From Candidatus Latescibacterota bacterium (lineage in GTDB: Bacteria; Latescibacterota; UBA2968; UBA8231): DNA of 64,000 nucleotides. Under the pieces are notes generated by a model that saw only the letters and a program-made list of their open reading frames with translations, made no database searches and had not been told where the DNA came from. Positions 28,474-38,776 of this stretch are shown piece after piece. Both the position numbers and the translations under genes were made by a program. Positions within the stretch are counted from its first letter, which is position 1. The number at the start of each line of letters is the position of its first letter. The stretch is taken from NCBI GenBank assembly GCA_965248265.1, contig CBDFJF010000001.1:1312001-1376000 (forward strand), read 5' to 3'.

Positions 28474-29817
28474 ATGGAAATGACGCTCATGCTGACGGGA
28501 GCGTTCGTGCTGATGGGCGCGTTTTCCACATGGGGGGCACCGCCCCCACCGATCGAACGTGTCGAAATCCGCGACGAGGGACTCTACGTGAATGGAGCGC
28601 CGTTCTTCCCGGTCGGCGTCGCCTGGGCCGCGCACTGGCATTTCTCTCTTCCCGAGGCCGGAGAGAAGGGCTTCAACATGGTCGACACCTTCGGCCATAG
28701 AGACGTTCCGGAGAGCTTTCGTGCCGACGTCGACGACGCTTATGCCAACGGCATGTACTCGGCCGTTCACCTTGGCAATGAGGTTTCTAAGAATTTGGAG
28801 CAGGTCGAAGAAATCGTCCTAGCCTGTCGGGATGCACCGGGATTGCTGGTGTGGAGCCTGGAGGATGAGCCGAACAGCCGTAACCCCGGCCCCGAAGACG
28901 AGGGCAAGCCCCACGTCGACATGCCCTACAAGACCCCGCCAGAGGAGCAACTCCCGGCCTACGAGTTGATCAGGCGGCTGGATCCGGATCACCCGGTGTG
29001 GATCAACCTGGCCTACGGTTACGAGCAGGACCACCGCGACTATAGGCACGTCGCCGACATCCACTCCGACAACACCTACCCTGTTCCCAACTTTCCGCTG
29101 ACCTACGTGGCCCAATTTTCCGACAGCGTCGTGAAAGGTGCCCGTGTAGGAGCAGGGGAAGGCAAGTTGGGATGGATGTACATCCAGATGGCCCCGTTGG
29201 CGGGGGGGCCCAAGGACCGTCCCCCGACCATCACAGAGGTCCGTTGCATGACCTACATGGCCGTCGCCCACGGCATCAGCGGTGTCAGCTACTTCAGCTT
29301 CCACTACGGAGGCCAGTACGAACGCGAGGAGTGGACCTGGTGGGTGAACCAGACCTCGCCCGGCTACTGGGCTCAGTGGGCAGACTTGACGGCGGAGTTG
29401 CGCACGCTGGCTCCCTACCTGGTGACGAGGGAAGTGCCCGAACCGGTCGAAGCGAGCATCACCAAGGGCACCAAGGGTCTTACTCGGGTCAAGACCGACA
29501 TGCATGCGGAGGAACATCGCTATTCCGCCCTGCACCTGTCCCTGCGTCGGGGCCCCAGCGGTTACTTTCTGATCGCCGTCAATGGAATAGACGAGCGGAT
29601 CAATGCCCGCCTCACATTGCCGGTACCGGATGGCGGTCTTGCCGAGCGTGCGGCGGTGCGTTTCGAGAACCGGTTGGTCGATGTCGAGGAGGGGATCTTC
29701 GACGATTCATTCGGACCCTACGCGGTCCATCTGTACGAGATCCCATTCAAGGAGGAAATCGATCGCGATAGCATTCGGTGGCCGCAATGGCAACGCCGGG
29801 TTCTCGGTCAGCCGTAG
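28474..29817 (+). CDS. Secreted clan GH-A-like TIM-barrel glycoside hydrolase
   Basis: LYVNGAPFFPVG, GFNMV, WSLEDEPN, LDPDHPVWINL, AVAHGISGVSYF. Confidence 0.72.
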   Translation: MEMTLMLTGAFVLMGAFSTWGAPPPPIERVEIRDEGLYVNGAPFFPVGVAWAAHWHFSLPEAGEKGFNMVDTFGHRDVPESFRADVDDAYANGMYSAVHLGNEVSKNLEQVEEIVLACRDAPGLLVWSLEDEPNSRNPGPEDEGKPHVDMPYKTPPEEQLPAYELIRRLDPDHPVWINLAYGYEQDHRDYRHVADIHSDNTYPVPNFPLTYVAQFSDSVVKGARVGAGEGKLGWMYIQMAPLAGGPKDRPPTITEVRCMTYMAVAHGISGVSYFSFHYGGQYEREEWTWWVNQTSPGYWAQWADLTAELRTLAPYLVTREVPEPVEASITKGTKGLTRVKTDMHAEEHRYSALHLSLRRGPSGYFLIAVNGIDERINARLTLPVPDGGLAERAAVRFENRLVDVEEGIFDDSFGPYAVHLYEIPFKEEIDRDSIRWPQWQRRVLGQP

Positions 29818-30626
29818 AACACTTCGATCTTGTCGGCCTCCTTGCCAGGTACTGTTTCGGGATCGAGTGCGTTCTCGCCGAAGACTACCGGAAAGCTCAT
29901 GCCCGAATCCAGCGTGCGGGTCGCCGCATCGACGAAAATCACGGCGAAGGCGCGGCGGCGCTCCTCAGAAAGGTTTACGCCCGAGCGGTGGAGGAGATAA
30001 TTGTGCAGTAGAATGGCCTCCCCGGCTTCGGCTTCCAGATCGGTGATGTCCTCTTCGGAGATGTACTCAGCCTGCTCTTCTGGTGAGGGGAAGTGCTTAT
30101 CGTTGATGATGCCGTGCTTATGGCTGCCTGGCACGATCTGCATACAAGCATTTGCCACCGTGGCATCATCCAGGGCGATCCAGACGGTGACGAAGGGATT
30201 GGTGTCGATACCGAAGCCTGTACCTACATCCTGGTGCCAGTTTATTTGGGTGCCGGCCCCGGTGACCTTGTTCATGAACATGGAGCGAAAGACCGAGACG
30301 TCCTCACCGATGTAACGCCTGGTGATCTGGCGATAGAGAGGATGCTGCATGTAGGCTAGAAAAACGGGATCTTGCTCGAGGTCATCGATTCGTCGGTATT
30401 CGAGGGAACGCTCGGTGTTGCCCCTGGTCCGGTGCAATTCCCCGGTGCTGCTGTCGTGAAACTGGAAGCGCATGTTCTCATACTCGACACGGCCCAGCAT
30501 GATATCGTCCATGCGTTGCTGTAGAGCCTGGAATTCATTTGCAGGCAGCACCTTCCCCAAGCGGAGAAACCCGCGCTCCATGAACTCCTCGTGCTGCGCG
30601 TCGGTAAAGCTCGTTTGTGAGGTCAT
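29808..30626 (-). CDS. Phytanoyl-CoA dioxygenase (PhyH) family Fe/2OG oxygenase
   Basis: WHQD, VWIALDDAT, VPGSH, LLHRSGVN..RRA. Confidence 0.92.
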   Translation of the reverse strand: MTSQTSFTDAQHEEFMERGFLRLGKVLPANEFQALQQRMDDIMLGRVEYENMRFQFHDSSTGELHRTRGNTERSLEYRRIDDLEQDPVFLAYMQHPLYRQITRRYIGEDVSVFRSMFMNKVTGAGTQINWHQDVGTGFGIDTNPFVTVWIALDDATVANACMQIVPGSHKHGIINDKHFPSPEEQAEYISEEDITDLEAEAGEAILLHNYLLHRSGVNLSEERRRAFAVIFVDAATRTLDSGMSFPVVFGENALDPETVPGKEADKIEVFYG

Positions 30627-30785
30627 CTCCGAAATCTCCTAATCTCGCATTTGAGATCGATCTTGCGAATATATACGGGTGAGAGATCAACCGGTAGATC
30701 ACACATGTTTTTTCGGCTGCGGACAAAGTAAGCGGGTATTATCATCCCGATGCGGACCCGTCAGTTCAATCAGAGAAAGGTTGAA

Positions 30786-31496
30786 ATGAAACCACTCGAC
30801 TATGGCCGTTCCTTCCTGCTCGGTAAGGGACCGGGGAATGAAGTACGAATGTGGGTGGAATCCCGCACGCGGATCACGGACGAAAACAGCGGCGCCAGCG
30901 AGGACTACGTCCAGACCGGCTCGTGCAAGAGTGAAGAGACCTTCGCGGATCGGGATCTCTTCAAGGAGCCCAACTACGATTTCATGGCCATCTACGGGCC
31001 TGAGGACTCCATCGTCTTCCGGCGCCTGGCACAGGCGCACGAGCACTACAAGAGCTGCGTACCTTCAGGCGATTTCTTTGGCGGACAGAAGTACCATCTG
31101 GTCGAAGGCGGCGACGTGGTGGAGCTCGAGGATGGCCAGGCGATCTGCGCTGCGACCTACGATTGCGCTCCTATCGTGGCGCAGACGGAAATCTGGAATG
31201 ACGAGACCGGACTTCGAGCCATCATCGAATACCCGGTCAAATCGATGAACACGAACCGCGAGCAGGGCGCCTACATTTACCAAGTGGACACGGGGCCGGT
31301 GGCCTTTCCCGATTTGAGCGTGCGGCACAAGCGTCATGCCGACGGAATCTCACTCGGTTTCATCGCCTTCAATGCGTCTCACTTTGCCGATTTCGTTCTC
31401 GAGGTGCCGACTGAGGTGGGAAACACTGAGATTCACCACTATTCGCAGGTGTTCAGCTTGCCGGCGAAAAACCGGTTGTTTTCGGTGACGGGTTAA
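30786..31496 (+). CDS. Hypothetical protein
   Basis: AGAAAGG RBS; MKPLDYGRSF..CKSEETF..IEYPVKSMN..YQVDTGPVAFPD; coding-like composition. Confidence 0.75.
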   Translation: MKPLDYGRSFLLGKGPGNEVRMWVESRTRITDENSGASEDYVQTGSCKSEETFADRDLFKEPNYDFMAIYGPEDSIVFRRLAQAHEHYKSCVPSGDFFGGQKYHLVEGGDVVELEDGQAICAATYDCAPIVAQTEIWNDETGLRAIIEYPVKSMNTNREQGAYIYQVDTGPVAFPDLSVRHKRHADGISLGFIAFNASHFADFVLEVPTEVGNTEIHHYSQVFSLPAKNRLFSVTG

Positions 31497-31534
31497 CGGA
31501 CTCCTTCAAGGGCCTTCCCCGCCGGTCTATCTGA

Positions 31535-33490
31535 ATGAGTGAGTCTTCTACCCTTCAGCCTACATTTCGGGCCCTGCTCATCGGCGCTGTGGGAGCGGCG
31601 GCCATTGGCAGTGGGATACCCTACTGCAACATGGTCCTGCACGGCTCCCGCATCGCTTCCTATTTCAATACCCCCGCGGCGATCATCCTGTTTTTCTTCC
31701 TGGCCCTGTTCGGCAACACCCTCGTGGGCCTGCTGCATCGAGCCTGGATGCTTTCCCGGGCGGAGCTCGCCCTCGTCTACATCATGTGGATCGTCGCCAC
31801 CGCCATTCCCGAGTGGGGCTTCACCTCCTTCCTGCTGCCCGACATCACTGGCGTCGTCTACTACGCTACCCCTGAAAACAACTGGCGTGAGTTGTTGCTG
31901 CCACACATACCTCAGTGGATCATGCCGTTCCGGCAGTTTGCAGATGTCCAGGATTTCTACGAGGGCGCCCCTCTGGGACAGGGCATACCCTGGGGCATGT
32001 GGATTCCGGCGCTCATCTACTGGCTGTCCTTCATCACCGCCGTGTACCTGGCCATGATCTCCATCACCGTCATCCTGCGCAAGCAGTGGATCGAGCACGA
32101 GCGCCTCGTTTATCCCCTGGTGCAGCTGCCCATTTCCATGATTCAGAACGACCCGGACGACAGTGGACGGCCGTCCATCATCAGCCCTTTCTTCAAGAAT
32201 CCGCTGATGTGGGTGGGCTTCGCCATTCCGGCCATTCTCCAGACCTTGACCGGCCTCCACCACTACGATCCCAGCATCCCCGCGGTATCGCTGTACGGTG
32301 CCTCGATTCCGCTGTTCCGCGGCACCGTGCACGTGCCCCTAAACCTGAGCTTCCAGATGCTCGGGTTCTCCTACTTCATCAGCCGCGAGGTCGCCTTCGG
32401 ACTCTGTTTCTTCTACTTGCTCAATACCGTCGAACAAGGTGTCCTCAATGTCCTCGGCGTCGAGCAATTTGATCCGCTGCTGGGCGGTTACAGCACCTAC
32501 ACCGGCACCATAGTAGTGCACCAGGGATTCGGCGCGATCATCATGCTCGTCCTCTTCGGCCTGTGGACGGCGCGCGGCCATCTGCGCCAGGTGTTCAGAA
32601 AGGCCTTCCTTAGCGACACCAAGGTAAATGACGACGACGAGATACTATCCTATCGAGCAGCCGTGCTGCTGCTTGTCGGGAGTCTGGTTTTCGTCGGCGT
32701 CTGGTTGTGGCAGTCGGGATTGCCCGGTTGGATCACGCCGATCTACATGTTCTTCGCCTTCGTCCTCTTCATCGGCATCACCCGCGTCGTTGCCGAAGGT
32801 GGACTCGCTTTCATCTTCGCCCCCATGATCGCCTCTGATTTCATCACCGCCGGCTTCGGCACCCGGGCCCTGGGCGCCTCCGGCATCGTGGCTTTCGCCT
32901 TCACCTACATCTGGGCCTCCGATATTCTGACCTTCGTCATGGCCTCTTCAGCCAATGCCCTGAAATTGGCTGCCGAGACCATACGAAGAGGTGTGCGCCT
33001 GATCTTCTGGGCCATGCTCGTGGCCATCGTCGTGGCCCTGTGCAGCTCGGTGTGGGCTATTCTCGAATTGGCCTACCAATACGGCGGCATCAACGCCGAT
33101 CAGTTCTTTTTCAGGAGCTCGGGCTACCCCTTCAAAATTGCCGCAGCCCGCCTCGCCTCCATCGAGGGCCCCCATTGGCAGAACTGGCTCTACACGGGTA
33201 TCGGCGCCAGCATCATGGGCTTGCTGATGCTGGCACGCCAGCGGTTCTCGTGGTGGCCCATCCACCCATTGGGCTTTCCCACCAGCGCTGTGTTCGGCTT
33301 CATGTTCATCAGCGTCTTCGTGGCATGGCTGATCAAGTCGATGGTCATCAGGTACGGTGGGCCCCAGCTCTACAGGCGCAGCCGTCCCTTTTTTCTGGGG
33401 CTGATCCTGGGTCAGTTCGTTACCGCCGGTGTTTGGTACGGCATCGATTACCTGGTGGGGGGAAGCTATAACCAGGTGATGACGTTCTGA
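31535..33490 (+). CDS. Polytopic membrane protein, DUF6785/DUF6784-like putative transporter (copy 2)
   Basis: Near-identical paralog of 24767..26737. Confidence 0.85.
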   Translation: MSESSTLQPTFRALLIGAVGAAAIGSGIPYCNMVLHGSRIASYFNTPAAIILFFFLALFGNTLVGLLHRAWMLSRAELALVYIMWIVATAIPEWGFTSFLLPDITGVVYYATPENNWRELLLPHIPQWIMPFRQFADVQDFYEGAPLGQGIPWGMWIPALIYWLSFITAVYLAMISITVILRKQWIEHERLVYPLVQLPISMIQNDPDDSGRPSIISPFFKNPLMWVGFAIPAILQTLTGLHHYDPSIPAVSLYGASIPLFRGTVHVPLNLSFQMLGFSYFISREVAFGLCFFYLLNTVEQGVLNVLGVEQFDPLLGGYSTYTGTIVVHQGFGAIIMLVLFGLWTARGHLRQVFRKAFLSDTKVNDDDEILSYRAAVLLLVGSLVFVGVWLWQSGLPGWITPIYMFFAFVLFIGITRVVAEGGLAFIFAPMIASDFITAGFGTRALGASGIVAFAFTYIWASDILTFVMASSANALKLAAETIRRGVRLIFWAMLVAIVVALCSSVWAILELAYQYGGINADQFFFRSSGYPFKIAAARLASIEGPHWQNWLYTGIGASIMGLLMLARQRFSWWPIHPLGFPTSAVFGFMFISVFVAWLIKSMVIRYGGPQLYRRSRPFFLGLILGQFVTAGVWYGIDYLVGGSYNQVMTF

Positions 33491-33492
33491 CG

Positions 33493-36081
33493 TCAGCGAA
33501 CGACGGCTTCACGCGATGTCAGTAGCTCTTCGGGATGGCGGGCCAGGTACGGGGGTATACCGCGCAATTGGACGATGGCGCGGGGACTTCGGCTGATGGT
33601 GAAAGCCCAGATCCCGTCGTCGGCTCCAGCAGGGACCGTTACCGGGACATCCACGGGTACGGAGAGGTCTGAGCCCGTCACCAGTTTCAGATGCTCGGCG
33701 ACGAGCTTGCCATCCGGTCCATAGAAACGGACGTCGCTTTCGTGACTGGTGTTTGCGTGAATCCGCACCACGAACGTCCCGGTATCCCGCGGCACGAAGA
33801 AATAAAGCGGCTGGTCCAGGGTCGGAGTGCCCGGGTACAGCGCCATGAACTCGCTCTCCGGGGACGCCTCCACTACCTGCGGCCGCCGGTCGAATTCGAG
33901 TCGTCCTCCTCTCTGATAGTCGGTTCCCGGGTCGAGCATGTAGAGACCCTTGCGCTGAATCTGCAGCCGCAGCTGTGCGCTCTCATCCTGCTGCCTGCGG
34001 ATGTCCCCTTCTTCTACGACTTCACCCGTTTCCGCGTTCGCGAGCGTCCAGTGACCATCCAGGGTGTGATCCGGGTAGACGACGAAGGGAAGGATCAGCA
34101 CTTCGCCGGCCTCGGCGGGGAAATAGTAGCGGGCCTGCTCAAAAAAGAATGGCGATTCCGTGTGCTCACCGAGCAGCTCCAGCAACGACTCTGAGGCCTG
34201 GATCGCGACTGGAACCAGATCCCGAGACCATTGCGTTGGCAGCGCCTCCAGCACAACCCTGTCACCGTAAAGTTCAAGCCCTTCATCAAACAGCCGGGCG
34301 ACCTCTTCGTGAGCGGGGATGTCGGTCCTATCCGTTTTCCAACTCTCCACCATCTCGTCGGTCACGCCCTCCAACTCGGTGACTTTCTCGTAGCCGTGGA
34401 CACCGCGCTGCCTCTTGTAGTAATCCCAACCGAGGACGATTGCCTGGGAGTGGATGAGTCCCGTGTCCATGATTCGGCGGGCGAATTGGATCAGCTCGCG
34501 ACCTACCGCCAGGATCACTTGCGGATCCTCTACCCTCGCGAACTCGTGCTTGAGACGCAGCCAGTGCAGGTACATCATCAGATGATCCAGGCGCCCTTCG
34601 ACGCCTGGGGTCGCCACCAGCTCTCGTGCTGCCGCCAGATCCCGGTAGGCGAGCACGAGGGTGCGCTCGCTCATCTCGTTGCTGTCCTGCCAGCGTTCGT
34701 AGAACCGCCGCACCGGGACTGCGGCTTCGGCGAATGCCGTGGCGTAGAAGTCATCGACAATGCCATCGACGTCGGCGTCGACATTCCACGTCAGCTGCGT
34801 CGTCAGATAGTAGCCGAGACCGTTGGGGGCCCAGTTGCACCCTGATTGTCCGTCCAGAGTAGTGGCACCAAGGCGGTGAAAATGCGGGATGTTCTCTCGT
34901 AGATACGCGACGTTGCCCCCCTTGGCTTTGCCCGGCATGCTGCCGTCCCACTCGTGCAGCGAGAAGTAATCGTAGATGCCAAAGGCGCTGGCCTTGTCGG
35001 ACCAGGCCTCGATCTGCTCCTCCCAGGTCATCTTCGTCCGGCGCAGACCTCGCGTGAGTTGCACGTAGACATTCGGGTGCAGCCTGAACGATGGCGGGTC
35101 GGTGTGCCATGCGTAGGACAACAGTCCAAGGTATTTGTCGGGGAATTGGGCAGTGAGGCCTTCAGCAACCGTGTTCGCAAAGTGAAAGACGCGATCGCTG
35201 ATGGTGCCCTGTGCCAGGCAGCGGTCGTCTTCGCAGAACTCGCCGTTGTCATTCGGATCGAAGGGCGCCATGTTGCGCTGCGGCTCCTTCTCGAACGTCC
35301 TGATCACGTGGTCGGTCGCGAGCTGGATCACATCCGGATGGGTCGTACAGGGTTGATGGCCAACCCGGGTGCCGCCCTTGAGGGCGAAGTACTCCGGGTT
35401 CTCTTCGAAGAGGCTACCCGGGGCGAACTGGGCCCAGGCGTGGCTGCAAGCGATGCCGAACCACCCGGGAAAGCGGTTGTGCCGGTTCCACGCGCCGTAG
35501 TCGGCGGCGAGCTTTGGGGTGCGAGCGCCCCAGCCGTACCAGATGCGCCGGTAGTCGAAGTCCGGACTGTCAATGGTACTTACGTCGACGTGCAGACTGC
35601 GCTGTTCCGGGATAATGGTCCAGGCTTCGTGCGGAAAGAACCAGCGACAACCGAGCTCTCGCAGGAGGGTGAAGATCCCCACCTGCACGCCCAGATCGCT
35701 GTTGCCGACGATGTAGAGCCGGTCAGTAGTGCTGTGCAGGACGAATGCTTCCGGTCCCAAACCTTGCAGGTCCCCGACACGCGGCGCGTCGGGAAACTCG
35801 GACGCCGTGCCCACGCAGAGCGCACGGCCTTCCCCTGCCTCAGTTTCGATAATCGGCAGGTGGCCGCTCATCTGCTCGATGAGCTGGGCGAGCTCCTCGG
35901 CGTTCGTCCGCGTGAGGTCGGACACGCTCGCCGCGATCAGGACAGGGGCCGCTCCCGACTCGGGATCAACGATCGTGAAGGGCGCTGAGGTTGCCACAGC
36001 GTTTGTCGCTCCCAGCCAGATGGATGACAGCAAAACCAAAAACTGGCTGCTGATTTTGATGAGATTGATACTCTCGTTCAA
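33493..36081 (-). CDS. Secreted DUF4838 family protein with GH20/GH67-type N-terminal domain (copy 2)
   Basis: GAGGAGG RBS + TTG; signal peptide; LRELGCRWFFP, SPDFDYR, NPEYFAL, CTTHPDV, LLSYAWHTDPP. Confidence 0.82.
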   Translation of the reverse strand: MNESINLIKISSQFLVLLSSIWLGATNAVATSAPFTIVDPESGAAPVLIAASVSDLTRTNAEELAQLIEQMSGHLPIIETEAGEGRALCVGTASEFPDAPRVGDLQGLGPEAFVLHSTTDRLYIVGNSDLGVQVGIFTLLRELGCRWFFPHEAWTIIPEQRSLHVDVSTIDSPDFDYRRIWYGWGARTPKLAADYGAWNRHNRFPGWFGIACSHAWAQFAPGSLFEENPEYFALKGGTRVGHQPCTTHPDVIQLATDHVIRTFEKEPQRNMAPFDPNDNGEFCEDDRCLAQGTISDRVFHFANTVAEGLTAQFPDKYLGLLSYAWHTDPPSFRLHPNVYVQLTRGLRRTKMTWEEQIEAWSDKASAFGIYDYFSLHEWDGSMPGKAKGGNVAYLRENIPHFHRLGATTLDGQSGCNWAPNGLGYYLTTQLTWNVDADVDGIVDDFYATAFAEAAVPVRRFYERWQDSNEMSERTLVLAYRDLAAARELVATPGVEGRLDHLMMYLHWLRLKHEFARVEDPQVILAVGRELIQFARRIMDTGLIHSQAIVLGWDYYKRQRGVHGYEKVTELEGVTDEMVESWKTDRTDIPAHEEVARLFDEGLELYGDRVVLEALPTQWSRDLVPVAIQASESLLELLGEHTESPFFFEQARYYFPAEAGEVLILPFVVYPDHTLDGHWTLANAETGEVVEEGDIRRQQDESAQLRLQIQRKGLYMLDPGTDYQRGGRLEFDRRPQVVEASPESEFMALYPGTPTLDQPLYFFVPRDTGTFVVRIHANTSHESDVRFYGPDGKLVAEHLKLVTGSDLSVPVDVPVTVPAGADDGIWAFTISRSPRAIVQLRGIPPYLARHPEELLTSREAVVR

Positions 36082-36142
36082 CGTCTTGCCTCCTCATGTC
36101 GATGTGTCCGCGATATGTGGCCTATCGCGGCAACGGGACCAC

Positions 36143-38749
36143 CTAGCCATCCACCACCACCTCCCTTGGCGCCAGGAGCTCGTCCGGGTGCCGGGCCACA
36201 TAGGGAGGCACCCCCAGCAGCGTGATTCGCGGACGCACGCTGTCGATGCCGAAGGCCCAGATCCGGTTGTCTGATCCAGGCGGCACGACCACGGAGATAT
36301 CCACGCCAAAGGTCAATGGCGTGTGCCCCCTTCCGCTCCAGTCGCGGCCGGCCAGGTCGCGGCCAGACACGATCCCGGTGTAATCGGAGACCACCTGTCC
36401 GTCGGGGCCATAGATGCGGATGTTGCTCTCGAGACTGCCGGCGCTGTGAACGCGCAAAACAAAAGACTCCGTGCCCCGCGGCACGAAGAAGCACAGGGGT
36501 GCCGCCATCGCACTGCGCGCGGGTGCGAAGGTACTGGCGCGAGAGGCTTCCAGCACTACACGCCGCTGGCCGAATCCCAGGCGTCCGGCCTTCCTGTAAC
36601 CCGTGTCAGGGTTCAGGGCGTAGAGGCCACGGTGCGGAATTTTCAAGCGGATCTGAGCACTCTCGTTCGGCTGCGTATGGAGATCGCCCTCCTCGACGAC
36701 CTCACCCGTTTCCATACTCCTGAGTGTCCAGTAACTATCCAGGGTGTCATCCAATGCAACCAGCGCTACCGTGAGCTCGCCGGGTTCAGCGTGAAAACGG
36801 TACAGACACTCTTCACACTCGGATGATTCGTCGCGGTCTCCGAGCCTTGCCAGCAAGGCATTCGACGCGCCCACGTCGACGGGAACCAAATCCTGCGACC
36901 AATCGCTCGGCGCCACCTCCACCGCGGTGCGGTCGCCATAGGCATGTAGCCCTTCATCGAATAGCTCAGCGACTTCGGCGTGAGTGGGGACGTCGGTCCG
37001 CTCCGTCTTCCAGGTCTCGATCATCTCACCGGTCACGCCGTCCAGGTCGACCAGCTTCCGGAAACCGTGATCGATACCGACCATGTCGAACCAGTCCCAG
37101 CTATGGAGCATCGCGTAGGAGTGGATGAGTCCGGTGTCCATGATCCGGCGTGAAAAATGAATGAGCTCGCGACCGAGAGAGAGAATCGCCTCCGGATCCT
37201 GCTCCCTCTCGAACTCCCACCGCAGGCGCAGCCAATGCCCGTACATCAACAAGTGGTCCAGGCGTCCTACGACACCGGGGTCCACCGCCAGCTTGCGCGC
37301 TTCGTCCAGATCCCGATAGGACAGAATCAGCGTCCTCTCGTTCAACTCGTATGATTCTGGTCGAGTATTCGGCACCTGCCAGCGTTCGTAGTAGCGCCGG
37401 ACTGGTTCTGCGGCTTCTCCGAATGCCACGGCGTAAAAGTCGTCGATGATGGCATCGGCATCAGCCTGGACATCCCAGAATAACTGGGCTGCAAGGTAGT
37501 ATCCGGGACCGTTGGCCCCCCAGTTGATGTTCGACTCCGGGACGAAGGTGTTGGCGCCGAGGCTGTGGTAATAGGGTATCACCGTGCGCAGGTAGTCCAG
37601 GTCGCCCCCATTGGCCTTGCCCGGCAGGCCCCAGTCCCACTGGTAGATCGAGAAATAGTCATAAATTCCGAAGTTGCTCGCCTTCTCGGAAAAACCGGCT
37701 ATCTGTTGCTCGAAAGTCATTTCGGTCCGGCGCATGCTGGTCGTGAGCTGGACGTAGACGTTCGGATGCAGCTTGAATGAAGGCGGCTCCGCGTGATGGG
37801 CATACGCCAGCAGCCCCACGTACTTGTCGGGGAATTTCCGGGTCACGCCTTCCGCAACCTGATTGGCGAACAGGAAAACACGGTCGCTGATCGAACCCAC
37901 GGCGCGGCAGCGGTCGCCTTCGCAGAACCCGCCGCCGTCATTCGGCTCGACCGACACCATGATGGCCTCCGGATTGTCGATACTCCGTTCGAACGAACTC
38001 AACGCGTAGTCTATCGCCAGCTGGAGGACCTCTGGGTCAGTCGTGCAGATCTGGTTGCCGCCCCGTTTGCCGTCTACGAGGGCAAAGTACTCGGGGTGCA
38101 CCTCGAACAGGTCGCGCGGGACTAACCTGGAGTAGTTGTGTCCGCTGGCCGTGTTGAACCAGCCACGCTGTCTGTTATGCCGGTACCAGGCCTGGAAGTC
38201 GTCATGAAGCTTGTCGGTATGCGACCCGTAGGCGTACCAGATGTAGCGGTAGTCGTAGTCCGGGCTGTCAATCGTACTGACGTCGACATGCAGCTTTCGC
38301 TGCTTCGGGATAATGGTCCAGGCGTCGTGGGGAAAAAACCAGCGGCAGCCCAACTGCCGCAGCAACGTAAAGATCCCCTGCTGCGCGCCGACATCGCTGT
38401 TGCCGATGATGTAAAGCCGGTCGGCGGTGCTGTGCAGGACGAAGGCTTCCGGATTCTCGTATTGTAGTTCACCGACACGTGGCGCATTCGGAAACTCGGT
38501 CACCGTTCCGACGACGATAGAGCGACCCGCCGGGACCATCGTAACAGCCGGGTGACTGCCGCACATCTGCCCGACAATCTGCGCGAGTACTCCCGAATAT
38601 TTCTGCGTCAACTCAGACGCACTGGGTGCGATCACGACGCTTGCGGCGCCGGACTCGGGATCGGCAATGGTGAATGGTTCGGAAGTCGCTGCAGCGGGGA
38701 CGCTCAGTATAACCCCCAGCGCAAAGAAGAGTCCTGCGTTTTTCACCAT
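36143..38749 (-). CDS. Secreted DUF4838 family protein (copy 1)
   Basis: Signal peptide; LRQLGCRWFFP, HPEYFAL, QICTTDPEV, SVEPNDGGGFC; colinear paralog of 33493..36081. Confidence 0.85.
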   Translation of the reverse strand: MVKNAGLFFALGVILSVPAAATSEPFTIADPESGAASVVIAPSASELTQKYSGVLAQIVGQMCGSHPAVTMVPAGRSIVVGTVTEFPNAPRVGELQYENPEAFVLHSTADRLYIIGNSDVGAQQGIFTLLRQLGCRWFFPHDAWTIIPKQRKLHVDVSTIDSPDYDYRYIWYAYGSHTDKLHDDFQAWYRHNRQRGWFNTASGHNYSRLVPRDLFEVHPEYFALVDGKRGGNQICTTDPEVLQLAIDYALSSFERSIDNPEAIMVSVEPNDGGGFCEGDRCRAVGSISDRVFLFANQVAEGVTRKFPDKYVGLLAYAHHAEPPSFKLHPNVYVQLTTSMRRTEMTFEQQIAGFSEKASNFGIYDYFSIYQWDWGLPGKANGGDLDYLRTVIPYYHSLGANTFVPESNINWGANGPGYYLAAQLFWDVQADADAIIDDFYAVAFGEAAEPVRRYYERWQVPNTRPESYELNERTLILSYRDLDEARKLAVDPGVVGRLDHLLMYGHWLRLRWEFEREQDPEAILSLGRELIHFSRRIMDTGLIHSYAMLHSWDWFDMVGIDHGFRKLVDLDGVTGEMIETWKTERTDVPTHAEVAELFDEGLHAYGDRTAVEVAPSDWSQDLVPVDVGASNALLARLGDRDESSECEECLYRFHAEPGELTVALVALDDTLDSYWTLRSMETGEVVEEGDLHTQPNESAQIRLKIPHRGLYALNPDTGYRKAGRLGFGQRRVVLEASRASTFAPARSAMAAPLCFFVPRGTESFVLRVHSAGSLESNIRIYGPDGQVVSDYTGIVSGRDLAGRDWSGRGHTPLTFGVDISVVVPPGSDNRIWAFGIDSVRPRITLLGVPPYVARHPDELLAPREVVVDG

Positions 38750-38776
38750 TGTGGTCGCGAATCCTTCCTCCCTACG

